This document shows positions 1 to 8,919 of a stretch of DNA of 32,764 nucleotides, piece by piece. The first letter of the stretch is position 1; each line of letters starts with the position of its first letter. The notes beneath the pieces were generated by a model. It searched no databases and was not told the DNA's origin. It saw only the letters and a list, made by a program, of their open reading frames with translations. Position numbers and translations under genes: made by a program. Source of the DNA: Bdellovibrionales bacterium (lineage in GTDB: Bacteria > Bdellovibrionota > Bdellovibrionia > Bdellovibrionales > UBA840); contig JBBKWS010000192.1 in NCBI GenBank assembly GCA_037969075.1, positions 1 through 32,764 on the forward strand, written 5' to 3'.

Positions 1-6
1 TTTGTC

Positions 7-32
7 AAAAAGGGCTCTATGGAGCCCTTTTT
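7..32. terminator. Intrinsic (likely bidirectional) terminator
   Basis: Perfect inverted repeat AAAAAGGGCTC-tatg-GAGCCCTTTTT with A and T tracts at the ends. Confidence 0.85.
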
Positions 33-141
33 ACGTCCTAGACATATTTATGAAGAATTCTTCACATTCGGCTTTTTCTTACAAAACCCCCATCATTTGC
101 AGTATAATACAGATTATAGAATGTACCTGAGGAGGTAGATC

Positions 142-504
142 ATGAATACTGTAAATAAAGCAAAAATGGTACCGATGGGATCACAATCTTTGGCGGATGT
201 TTTGAATAAATTAAAAGCCGAAGGTTATACTTTAGATTTAAACACTAAGGATTCTTTAAAGACGTACTATGCAGACGGCCAACATTATACAGGATTTAAA
301 ATCGATAAGATTGTAAGGATGGATGTAATGACTGATCCAGATGATCAGTCCGTGGTATATGCTATTTCTTCTCAGGACGACAACATAAAGGGCATTTTAA
401 TCAATAGCTATGGGATGTACTCGGATGAAAAGATAGATAAGATCATTGATCATATTGATAGACCAATTGATAGAGATCGCCATAAGGCTGACGATCTTCA
501 TTAA
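142..504 (+). CDS. Small conserved hypothetical protein (family often mis-annotated 'phosphoribosylpyrophosphate synthetase')
   Basis: GAGGAGG RBS just upstream; motifs 'L..L...GYT.D', 'DPDDQSVVYAISS' and 'KGILINSYGMYSD' match my recollection of this ~100-120 aa family; no PRPP synthetase motifs. Confidence 0.7.
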   Translation: MNTVNKAKMVPMGSQSLADVLNKLKAEGYTLDLNTKDSLKTYYADGQHYTGFKIDKIVRMDVMTDPDDQSVVYAISSQDDNIKGILINSYGMYSDEKIDKIIDHIDRPIDRDRHKADDLH

Positions 505-507
505 TGA

Positions 508-1857
508 TTACCTGTTTTTAAATACTCTCCAGGCCTTTAGATAATTATAGGCCTGCAGTAACTGAAAGTCTTTACGAAGTAGTTCATTTCGTTTGCTGGT
601 TTTTCCTTCAGCTGGCATCTCATTTTTACTCCAAAACACATCGCTTGGATTGAAGGCTTCAGCCTCTTTCATTTTTTTCTCTTGATCGCCCTCAAGGTGA
701 CCTTCGATATCTGACTCACGGCGCGAGTTAGTTTTAATAATCGCTTTCTCATATGCCTCATTATTTACATTTTCTAAAGTTACATCTGGCACAATACCAG
801 ACGCTTGGATTGAAACTCCGCTTGGCGTGTAATACCTAGCTACTGTAAGTTTTAATCCCGATCCATTACCCAACTCAATCACCGATTGAACCGATCCTTT
901 ACCAAAACTTCTTTGTCCCATGATCACGGCACGTTTATTGTCTCTAAGAGCGCCTGCTAAAATTTCACTGGCACTGGCAGAGGCCTCATTTTGCAAAACA
1001 ATGATTGGAAAATCAGGAAAGGTTCCATCTTTTTTAGCAGAGATTACTTCTTTTTCTTTTTTATTACGGCCAATAGTAGACACAATAATTCCTTTATCCA
1101 AAAATAAATCTGAAATTCCTACAGCTTGAGTTAGTAACCCGCCCGGATTGTTTCTTAGATCAATAATAAGACCTTTTGTGCCCTTATACTTCTTAGTGTG
1201 ATTTTGAACCGCTTTTTCAAAATCATCTGCAGATTTTTCTATAAAGCTAGTCAATCTAACATAAGCATAGCCATCTTCTAAGTCTGTGTACTTTACAGAT
1301 TTAATTTTTATAATACTTCTCTTAACCGGAAACTCTTGTGGCTTTTCAAAGCCTTTGCGATAAATATTTAATTTAACAATACTCCCAATTTTTCCTTTGA
1401 TAAGCTGAGCTGCCTCTACCAAGTTAAGGCCTTTTGTGCTTTTACCGTCAATACTGACTATCTTATCGCCCGCCTGTACCCCAGCTTTGAATGCTGGCGT
1501 ATCTTCAATAGGAGATATCACTGTTAATATTTCATCTTGCACACTTATCTCGACGCCAAGTCCCGCAAACTCACCACTAGTTTCATTTTTAAATTCTTTA
1601 AATGTATCCGCACTCATAAAACTAGTGTGCGGATCTAATTCATTTAGCATACCTTTTATGGCACCTTGAATTAGCTTAGAAACCTGAACTTCCTCAACGT
1701 AATACTGCTGAACCAAGTTAAGTACTTTTGAGAAGGTTTGAAGCTCAGAATATTTTTCTTGCGCTACCGCCATGATCGTCTTTGAGGACATTGATCCAAG
1801 GATGATCCCAACAAAACCTATTAATGTGATAAAGGTTAATCTAGAATAGAATCTCAT
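508..1857 (-). CDS. ctpA: Carboxy-terminal processing protease, S41 family with PDZ domain
   Basis: LDPHT, PDZ loop 'GEFAGLGVEI', DLRNNPGG, catalytic 'SASASEI' and 'FGKGSVQ'; N-terminal hydrophobic segment; ATGA overlap with envC stop. Confidence 0.95.
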   Translation of the reverse strand: MRFYSRLTFITLIGFVGIILGSMSSKTIMAVAQEKYSELQTFSKVLNLVQQYYVEEVQVSKLIQGAIKGMLNELDPHTSFMSADTFKEFKNETSGEFAGLGVEISVQDEILTVISPIEDTPAFKAGVQAGDKIVSIDGKSTKGLNLVEAAQLIKGKIGSIVKLNIYRKGFEKPQEFPVKRSIIKIKSVKYTDLEDGYAYVRLTSFIEKSADDFEKAVQNHTKKYKGTKGLIIDLRNNPGGLLTQAVGISDLFLDKGIIVSTIGRNKKEKEVISAKKDGTFPDFPIIVLQNEASASASEILAGALRDNKRAVIMGQRSFGKGSVQSVIELGNGSGLKLTVARYYTPSGVSIQASGIVPDVTLENVNNEAYEKAIIKTNSRRESDIEGHLEGDQEKKMKEAEAFNPSDVFWSKNEMPAEGKTSKRNELLRKDFQLLQAYNYLKAWRVFKNR

Positions 1858-3014
1858 AAGGTGTCCCCTTTAATGCTCTTATTATTACTAATTGCTTTTG
1901 GTGAGCTAACAAACCAGTCTTTAGGATTCAATGGATCAGAAAAGTGTCTGATTTCAAAATAAATCCCGCTTATATTCATATACGGGTTATATCCTACCTT
2001 ACCAAGTGATTGTTTTTTATCAACCTCTTGGCCAACCTTAACTGCTACTTCACGCAAAAAAGCATATACTGTATAATAGTGATTTCCGTGATCTAACACA
2101 ACAGTGTTTTTATAATCTTTTACATCTCCAACAAAGACTACCTTGCCAAAGGCCACACTACTAATATCCCTAGGCTCATCTACATCAAAGTAAATCCCTT
2201 TTGAGTATAGTTTTGCTTGGCCGTCGAGTTCAAACGCACCAAAATCTTGCACAATTTTTCCTTGTACTGGGGGCTCAAGTTGTTTTTTTTGCTCAAAAAA
2301 ACTTTTACGAATCACCGCCGCCACCCCTGACTCGGGATTTAAAAGCAGTGATTCTTTGCCCGCCTTCCTTAACCCAGAAAGTAGACTTAGATAATTCTTT
2401 TTATCTTTTTGAATTTTTGCGATATATGAGTTTTTTTGTGTTTTTAATAAAGTTAATTTTTCTGCCTTTTGCTGCTGTATCTGTTTGTTTGCTGTCAGCT
2501 GTTTAATGGTCTCTGTAGTTTTGCTTTGTACCAAGGTATACTTTTCTTTTTTATCTCTTAATTCGTTTACCAAATGAATATCCTTTTCGAGTAAAAAAGA
2601 TAGTCCCTTTAATAACCTTTCAATTTCGCTAGGGTTTTTAGATAGTAAAACAATATCTTTCATTGAACTATCGATGATCTGCCCCGACACTCTTAAACGC
2701 ATAGATATGAGGGTTTTTAAATCTCGCATTTTCTCTTGTAAGGTATCTAATTCTGATAAACCTTTTTTAATTGCTGCAGATAAGGTTTCTTTCTTTTCGT
2801 TTAATTTAGAAATTTCTCTTTCAATCTTTTTTTGCTCACTTTGTATTCTATACATCTCAGAGAGAACCTCTCTTTGTTTAATATCTTTTTTTTCAAAAGA
2901 GGATGTTATCTTTTGAATTTTATTAACTAATTCATCACCAGTCAGAGATGCGAACGAGCAACTAATAAGTGAAATTAAAATTAAGATTGTGATGCTAGCC
3001 AGCCTGTGTTTAAT
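1854..3014 (-). CDS. envC: Murein hydrolase activator EnvC-like protein (coiled coil plus degenerate M23/LytM domain); start uncertain (track ATG at 2855, frame open to 3017)
   Basis: Long coiled coil, then 'PVQGKIVQDFG...GKVVFVG...DHGNHYYTVYA...YFEIR...DPLNPKDW' without the Zn-binding His residues; sits directly after ftsEX; in-frame upstream extension encodes a signal-peptide-like segment. Confidence 0.85.
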   Translation of the reverse strand: MKHRLASITILILISLISCSFASLTGDELVNKIQKITSSFEKKDIKQREVLSEMYRIQSEQKKIEREISKLNEKKETLSAAIKKGLSELDTLQEKMRDLKTLISMRLRVSGQIIDSSMKDIVLLSKNPSEIERLLKGLSFLLEKDIHLVNELRDKKEKYTLVQSKTTETIKQLTANKQIQQQKAEKLTLLKTQKNSYIAKIQKDKKNYLSLLSGLRKAGKESLLLNPESGVAAVIRKSFFEQKKQLEPPVQGKIVQDFGAFELDGQAKLYSKGIYFDVDEPRDISSVAFGKVVFVGDVKDYKNTVVLDHGNHYYTVYAFLREVAVKVGQEVDKKQSLGKVGYNPYMNISGIYFEIRHFSDPLNPKDWFVSSPKAISNNKSIKGDTL

Positions 3015-3889
3015 TTTTTAATATGAACAAATGTTCCCAATGTACAGACTGTCAACCCTATTATAAAAAAGCCAAATAAATCAAGCAGAGGTGGAAATAC
3101 CAAATTTATATTTAAGGACTGTAAATGGTTTTGAAATAGTCCCAAACAAAACTCAAACAACATAAATCCTAAGATGATGGCCAATAAAGATGAGATCGCC
3201 CCTACCCCGATACCATTTAATAAATAAGGTCTTTGGATCATGCTAGGGGAAGCGCCTATAATTTCTAAAACTTCGATTTCTTCCCGGCTACTGCTAATCA
3301 ACGTTTTAATCGCATTGGCTATAACAAACATACTCGACAGTAAAACTATCAAAATAATAATTGAAGCAGATGACTTGATGGCTAAGACTAATTGCGCATA
3401 TTCTTTTAGCCAAATTTTTCCGTAGGTTACATCCTGCACACCTTTTAATACTGCTATTTTATCAGCGATACTTTCCATCCAGCCATTAAGACTTGATATA
3501 TTTTGTTGCTTTATTAACTCCACTTCAAAGCCATTGTTAAAGGGGTTATCAATGGTCTCTAGTGCTTTCAACTGTGGGAAGACTTGATCTAACTTGCTAA
3601 CAAAATCCTTTTTGTAAGTCTCTTTATCAATAAAACTAACCTCTTTTACACCGGCAATAGCAGCAATTTCTTTAGTCAGAGTCGTTTGTTTTTTTCCGTT
3701 AACAGCATCATCTAAATACACTGTCATCTGTAAGTGATTGGACCAGCCTGAGAAAATATGATCTAAATTTACAAATAATATATAAAGACTAAAGCTTACG
3801 AAAAATGATAGTGCGATCACTAGACAGGTGGATATCTGTAGAGTAGGATTTTTAAACATTTGTGATTTTAAATCATCAAGGTAATTCAT
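2981..3889 (-). CDS. ftsX: Cell division ABC permease FtsX
   Basis: TM1, periplasmic domain ('MTVYLDD', 'DNPF'), 'REEIEVLEIIGAS..MIQRPYL..G', further TMs; ATGA overlap with ftsE. Confidence 0.9.
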   Translation of the reverse strand: MNYLDDLKSQMFKNPTLQISTCLVIALSFFVSFSLYILFVNLDHIFSGWSNHLQMTVYLDDAVNGKKQTTLTKEIAAIAGVKEVSFIDKETYKKDFVSKLDQVFPQLKALETIDNPFNNGFEVELIKQQNISSLNGWMESIADKIAVLKGVQDVTYGKIWLKEYAQLVLAIKSSASIIILIVLLSSMFVIANAIKTLISSSREEIEVLEIIGASPSMIQRPYLLNGIGVGAISSLLAIILGFMLFEFCLGLFQNHLQSLNINLVFPPLLDLFGFFIIGLTVCTLGTFVHIKKLNTGWLASQS

Positions 3890-4548
3890 ATAAAATCCTG
3901 GTCAATTTGACCACCAACAAGATGGATTCTTCGCTTTCCAAACTTTTCTAATAAAGCGTAATCGTGCGTTGCTATAACAACCGTCGTTCCTTGCTCATTG
4001 ACTCTTTGAAAAAGCTTCATGATCTCAAGAGCTAATTGCGGATCTAAATTTCCCGTTGGCTCATCCGCTATCAGTAAACCAGGCCTATGAATAATAGCCC
4101 TAGCAATAGCGACTCTCTGCTGCTCTCCCCCAGATAAACTTGAGCAAGGAGTTTCGGCTTTATCTAAAAGACCAATTTGCTCTAGTACATCTTTTGCTCG
4201 ACTCAATATGTGATGTCTTTTTTCACCCAGTATTTGTAGCGGCAGAATAATGTTTTCAAACACTGTTTTGTCGCTTAATAATTTGAAGTCTTGAAATACG
4301 ACTCCGATTTTTCTTCTCAAAAAAGGAGCCTGCTTTCTGTTTAATTGAACAAGAGACTGTCCCGCCACTACCAGTTCGCCCGTTGTAGGTTTATCAAAAG
4401 CAGATAGCATTTTAAAAAGAGTGGTTTTACCTGCGCCACTTGGCCCTGTAATAAATAAAAATTCACCCCTATTGATCGTTAAACTAAGATCTTTAAGAGC
4501 ATGTACGGGACCTGGGTATGTTTTATAAACATGGGAAAGTTGTATCAT
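3886..4548 (-). CDS. ftsE: Cell division ATP-binding protein FtsE
   Basis: GPSGAGKTT, 'LRRKIGVVFQDFKLL', LSGGEQQR, ADEPTGNLD, ATHD. Confidence 0.96.
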   Translation of the reverse strand: MIQLSHVYKTYPGPVHALKDLSLTINRGEFLFITGPSGAGKTTLFKMLSAFDKPTTGELVVAGQSLVQLNRKQAPFLRRKIGVVFQDFKLLSDKTVFENIILPLQILGEKRHHILSRAKDVLEQIGLLDKAETPCSSLSGGEQQRVAIARAIIHRPGLLIADEPTGNLDPQLALEIMKLFQRVNEQGTTVVIATHDYALLEKFGKRRIHLVGGQIDQDFI

Positions 4549-4568
4549 ATAAATATGATAAACTACTC

Positions 4569-4823
4569 TTAGTTAAATTGGCCAGAATTGATGAGGTCTA
4601 GAATTTGATGGTGCTGCTCTCGCATGGCCAAACGTATGGATTCTGATTGAGATGATGGTCCAGACTTAAGCGCTTCAACGTATGTTGTCTTTATGGTTTT
4701 GATTACAGCCCCATTACGGAAGACACGACTTACTAAAAATGGGTTCTCACGACCCCAGTCTTCAGTTTGTATGTGATAAGTGACCCCATCTGATGTCACA
4801 TCTGAATTAAAACCTTTTTCCAA
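4569..4823 (-). CDS. Small conserved hypothetical protein
   Basis: TTG start with AAGGAGG RBS; motif 'GFNSD.....YHIQTEDWG..NP...S.VF..GAV...K' and C-terminal 'MREQH'; 20 bp upstream of ftsE. Confidence 0.85.
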   Translation of the reverse strand: MEKGFNSDVTSDGVTYHIQTEDWGRENPFLVSRVFRNGAVIKTIKTTYVEALKSGPSSQSESIRLAMREQHHQILDLINSGQFN

Positions 4824-4874
4824 TGAGTCCCTCCTTGAGACACTTTTTTGAACAATTTAGTGAATCATTTTTTT

Positions 4875-4900
4875 TATAGTTTATCAAATGATTCCGATAA
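4875..4900 (+). promoter_or_regulatory. Putative sigma28 (FliA)-type promoter
   Basis: TATAGTTT-N10-TCCGATAA versus consensus TAAAGTTT-N11-GCCGATAA; ATG follows 7 nt later with no SD. Confidence 0.45.
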
Positions 4901-4907
4901 GTAATCT

Positions 4908-6695
4908 ATGCGTTTTATCGTAGCAACAATACCTCTTTTATTTCTGATTGGCTGCAGCTCTAGCACTAGAACCATTATTACTAATCCAGGCTATGATCCC
5001 TGTGTCTCTGAAGTCTGCGGTACTGAGCCCGCTTACTGCTCAGCTCCATCTATCACTGATCCTGTTACAATCTCTGGGGATGCTTATTATGTTAAACGAC
5101 TCCCTAACGGTACCGGTTTAGGTGGTCCTTCTGGAAATTTGCCAATTCGCTTTGCCGAAGTAGCTATTATTAATAGCTCAGGGACTGTCTTGGGCTGTGG
5201 ATCAACCAATGCTAGCGGAGCCTTTGCGGTAAATATACAACGAGTATCAGCTGGTGTATTTGCCGAAGTAAGATCCCGAGCCAATACCACTGGACAGTTA
5301 GTCGCCAGCGTATTAGACACACCAAAGCTATTTAATTACTATAAAGTTCAAACCTCAACATCAGTCACAGGTGACGCCAATCGCACACTTGTTGATACAA
5401 TTGCACCACACAATGGTGATCTGCAAGGCGGGGCTTTTAATATTTTAGACCGACTATTTGAGGCCAATGAATTTTTGCGAACAGAAACCGCTGGGTGTAA
5501 TGTTGTGGATGCTTCTTGCACAGCTGTTATAAACACTCCTAAGGTTACTGCCTTTTGGAAAGCTGGTTTTAACCCCGGGACCTACTTAGGCAACAGTGCA
5601 AGTGATACCGTTAGCTTTTATTTGTCAGGCACCTCTAGGCTGTACATAGTTGGTGGGGTTAGTGGAAATGTAAATTCTGCTGATACAGATCACTTTGATG
5701 ATGCCGTTATAGTGCATGAGTTTGGACATTTTTTAGAAGATATTTATGCTGACTCTGATTCTCCTGGGGGGTCACACAATGCAAACTCGGTCATTGATCC
5801 AAGGCTTGCGTGGAGTGAAGGTTGGGCCACCTATTTTTCAATGTCATCTCGAGGCAACCCGCTATACATCGATACTTACGGCAACACTGATGGGACAACC
5901 GGAAAATATTTTTATCACAACCTAGATACAGATAGTCCCAAACGAGACCCAAGTGGCGCCTATACTGTACCTGCTGGACAGGGCATCTTTAGAGAGTTCG
6001 GTATATCAAGATCTCTTCTGGATATGACTGATACTGATGCAGCAGCTCCTTATGATAATGACGGAACAGCAATTCCCTTTAACGAATTTTGGGCGGTGTT
6101 TGCCGGTACTACAAAGTTTCCAGCAAGCTCTACCAAGTTTAGAAATGCAGGTTTATTTTTTAAACAACACGATGCGCTTGCAGCAAATACTGATATTACC
6201 ACAAGTACGGCAAACGCTGACTTACAAGATGAGTTTATGTATGATCCGGTGGCCGCAAAATATGTAGCTCACTATGCAGTTCCGGCTGCTGGTGGTGTGT
6301 GCACTGATACCGCATCTATTAAACCCGCCAACAATAATGATAAAAATGAGGATGGTAGCTTTGAAAATTCCAATCAGTTTTCATCGAATGATTTTTATCA
6401 GCTCACCCATGGTGGTGGCGCGCTATCGCTAAGTCTAACAATCAAATCAGGCAGTTTAGACTTAGATTTGTATTTATATAAATCTGATTATACCTACGGT
6501 GAAGGTAGTAGTATTTTAGCAAGTAGTACAAATGATGGAACATCAAGCGAATCAATTTCTGTTTCAAACTTACCCGCAGGGACTTATATGATTAATGTGA
6601 TGGTATACACGGCCCCACTAGCCGGAACCTCCGATGTTACATGGCCAACAAATGTGTACGATCTTTTAGTTAGTGGTACAAGGGTGTGTCCGTGA
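4908..6695 (+). CDS. Lipoprotein zinc metallopeptidase (gluzincin-like) with C-terminal PPC-like domain
   Basis: Lipobox LIGC (Cys16); VHEFGH plus downstream AWSEGWA; C-terminal 'DLDLYLY...SESISVSNLPAGTYMINV' resembles pre-peptidase C-terminal domains. Confidence 0.8.
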   Translation: MRFIVATIPLLFLIGCSSSTRTIITNPGYDPCVSEVCGTEPAYCSAPSITDPVTISGDAYYVKRLPNGTGLGGPSGNLPIRFAEVAIINSSGTVLGCGSTNASGAFAVNIQRVSAGVFAEVRSRANTTGQLVASVLDTPKLFNYYKVQTSTSVTGDANRTLVDTIAPHNGDLQGGAFNILDRLFEANEFLRTETAGCNVVDASCTAVINTPKVTAFWKAGFNPGTYLGNSASDTVSFYLSGTSRLYIVGGVSGNVNSADTDHFDDAVIVHEFGHFLEDIYADSDSPGGSHNANSVIDPRLAWSEGWATYFSMSSRGNPLYIDTYGNTDGTTGKYFYHNLDTDSPKRDPSGAYTVPAGQGIFREFGISRSLLDMTDTDAAAPYDNDGTAIPFNEFWAVFAGTTKFPASSTKFRNAGLFFKQHDALAANTDITTSTANADLQDEFMYDPVAAKYVAHYAVPAAGGVCTDTASIKPANNNDKNEDGSFENSNQFSSNDFYQLTHGGGALSLSLTIKSGSLDLDLYLYKSDYTYGEGSSILASSTNDGTSSESISVSNLPAGTYMINVMVYTAPLAGTSDVTWPTNVYDLLVSGTRVCP

Positions 6696-7204
6696 TAAAA
6701 AAAATATTTATAACTTCAATATTATTAATTCTTACGGCTGGCTTGTATTACTCTGCAATCAAACAAACAGATACTAAACAAAATATCCTACATAAAAAAA
6801 CGTCATTTTCTCGTGGATATACAAAACCACGAAGTACTTTTGTAATTCGCCGTTTAGAAAATAAGAATGAGAATAGCATTCGCTTACTAGTAGAAGTAGT
6901 TGGTCCCTTTGATCACTACGAGTTCAATTGGTGGCTACCAAATGGCACTCAAATTACCTCTGGCGATAGCAACGGGTATGTAGATGCCAGCACTAAAAAA
7001 ACCTTTACCCACGAAATCGAATTTGCAAACTTAAATGATAAAGAACAAATCGTATTTGAAGCGCATCTTTTTGAGGGAGAAAACAAATTAGGTGCTACCT
7101 ATATTTATACCTCAGGAGATCAGGTCAATACTGAAAGCCTAAAATCTTCTACTATTAATAAAATAGAATCGATGGATGGTTCAAAAATTAGAGTGATGCA
7201 ATAA
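6686..7204 (+). CDS. Hypothetical membrane-anchored or exported protein, beta-rich domain
   Basis: N-terminal hydrophobic segment; overlaps the protease stop (GTG at 6686 or 6692); 'FNWWLPNGTQITSG' Ig-like strand pattern. Confidence 0.75.
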   Translation: MSVIKKIFITSILLILTAGLYYSAIKQTDTKQNILHKKTSFSRGYTKPRSTFVIRRLENKNENSIRLLVEVVGPFDHYEFNWWLPNGTQITSGDSNGYVDASTKKTFTHEIEFANLNDKEQIVFEAHLFEGENKLGATYIYTSGDQVNTESLKSSTINKIESMDGSKIRVMQ

Positions 7205-7313
7205 TTCTTACTGTCAGCGAAGCCTTGCGTTAAAAAATCAATGCAAAAAATTTAATGATCCGATTTACCAAAAATAATTCGGACAGAATTTTCTTACTTA
7301 GTTAAGCAGTGGT

Positions 7314-7628
7314 TTAGGTCGGCATTTTCGAAGTACATTTTAAAAGGTCTGTATAAATTATAAAGTACAAGAGTGGGCCGATTGATCCTGCTAGAAGAGT
7401 AACTATCACAAACGGTACAACCTTACGGAAGGATCTGCCATTTCTTTGATTATCTAGAACCATAATTGTTAGAAGAATGCCGCCCGTTATAAAGAGATCG
7501 ACTAGTACTTGAGTTGAAGGATGTTCTCTGAGAGAAACTTCAAATACACTTGTATAGCCGAACTCCCAAACAATCCATCCCGTGTAAATAGAAAAAATAG
7601 CCAGCACTGTAATCAGAAAAAATCTCAT
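7314..7628 (-). CDS. DUF2834-like small membrane protein
   Basis: Three to four TM segments, 'VLVDL' and 'GSIGPLLY' motifs; GGAG RBS. Confidence 0.7.
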   Translation of the reverse strand: MRFFLITVLAIFSIYTGWIVWEFGYTSVFEVSLREHPSTQVLVDLFITGGILLTIMVLDNQRNGRSFRKVVPFVIVTLLAGSIGPLLYFIIYTDLLKCTSKMPT

Positions 7629-7650
7629 AAAAACTCCGATAAAGTTGCCA

Positions 7651-8265
7651 CTACTCTAATCTTACAGGCGTACTTAAGAATGGCTTTGCATCTGGGAAGT
7701 ATTTGGAGATTTTTTCTACTTTGGAGCCTTCGACTAATGGTTGTCCCTGGTGGCCAACCATACAAAGGTTTGCCATTATTTCATCTATTGGTGCGTAACT
7801 TTGTGAAAGGGTTACCAAATAAAAATCGGCTGTTTTTGACTCATGATCTGCACTAACAACAATTAAGCGTTTAACATCAGTATCGTCAAGGAATAGCAAG
7901 CAATTTCCGACAGGTTGTCTTTGCCCTCCATAATTAACCTGTGAGACTCCTATCAAAGGCATAATTAATCCTGTATCCACTATTAACGATTGCCGGAGAT
8001 CCTTCCCAAAAAAGTTGATAGCTAAATACAGTGGCGAAGCGGAGTCGTAAGAGGTACCTATGCGCTCACTAGAGTAAGCGAAAACTGACACCCGACCCAC
8101 AGGTATAACTATAACCTTATCTTCCTTAGAAAAGGCAAGAACTGGATTCATTACAGCTTCTTCTTCGTAGATGAAGGTTCCCAGGTAACCAAGTATCTTT
8201 GGCTCTTGCGCAAATGACTTTAAAGAAAGCAGGGGTATGACTAGAATTAAAAATGTTTTTATCAT
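7651..8265 (-). CDS. Hypothetical secreted protein
   Basis: Sec signal 'MIKTFLILVIPLLSLKSFA'; 2 bp downstream of the previous ORF. Confidence 0.7.
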   Translation of the reverse strand: MIKTFLILVIPLLSLKSFAQEPKILGYLGTFIYEEEAVMNPVLAFSKEDKVIVIPVGRVSVFAYSSERIGTSYDSASPLYLAINFFGKDLRQSLIVDTGLIMPLIGVSQVNYGGQRQPVGNCLLFLDDTDVKRLIVVSADHESKTADFYLVTLSQSYAPIDEIMANLCMVGHQGQPLVEGSKVEKISKYFPDAKPFLSTPVRLE

Positions 8266-8267
8266 TT

Positions 8268-8795
8268 CTACATTCCTAAGTTCACATTCTTCGTCCGATC
8301 CTTATGATCATCCAACCCCAATATTCCACCCAACTTGTATAACAAGTTGATAGATTCACAGGTGACATGAGGATTTAAATAAAATTGATTGCCTGTAGGA
8401 GTATGCTCAGCCATCAGGTCACGCACCAACATTGTACGAGCACCCGAAACTGGATCCGTACTTAACAAGGTAGATAGCCTGACCGGTCCGTTCCTCACTG
8501 GATCAATATCGTAATAAGCTTCATTTTGAAGTACCGACTCTCTTTCTTTCTTAGTGGCTGCACGAATCCAGTCTTCGCTGTAGGCATCCTTATAGCCAAG
8601 CTTCCAATTTTCTACGATCACGAAGGGTTTATTACTTGCATCTATTGCAAAGCTGAAAAATGCTTGCGGATAAACCAATAAACTCTTACCTCTTTTTGCC
8701 TCAAACATAGCCTGTTCGCAGCCCATGCGTTCAGCATCAGCATGCGAATAAGTTATAAACAGCAATGAAAAAAATATAGGTAAAAATACTTTCAT
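8268..8795 (-). CDS. Hypothetical secreted protein
   Basis: Sec signal 'MKVFLPIFFSLLFITYSHA'; AAGGAG RBS; two Cys in the mature part. Confidence 0.75.
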   Translation of the reverse strand: MKVFLPIFFSLLFITYSHADAERMGCEQAMFEAKRGKSLLVYPQAFFSFAIDASNKPFVIVENWKLGYKDAYSEDWIRAATKKERESVLQNEAYYDIDPVRNGPVRLSTLLSTDPVSGARTMLVRDLMAEHTPTGNQFYLNPHVTCESINLLYKLGGILGLDDHKDRTKNVNLGM

Positions 8796-8837
8796 CTCAA
8801 ACTCCTTTAGGGATTCAAATTATACATAAGTACTTAT

Positions 8838-8853
8838 AGCAATGTGCGGGCCA
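8838..8853 (-). promoter_or_regulatory. Putative sigma54 -24/-12 promoter
   Basis: Minus strand TGGCCCGCACATTGCT = TGGC-N7-TTGC, about 40 bp upstream of ATG 8795. Confidence 0.7.
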
Positions 8854-8919
8854 TGGTTTTTTACGGTACTTGCAATAGACACTCACTGCCTATACTAAGA
8901 AGGTCGTTTACAAACTAGA

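Noticed and set aside
1854..2300. M23 domain lacking zinc ligands as a novelty
   Set aside because: A degenerate LytM domain is the established hallmark of EnvC
7635..7642. Second TCCGATAA (sigma28 -10-like) element
   Set aside because: It is on the wrong strand for the adjacent gene and is simply the complement of the DUF2834 RBS region
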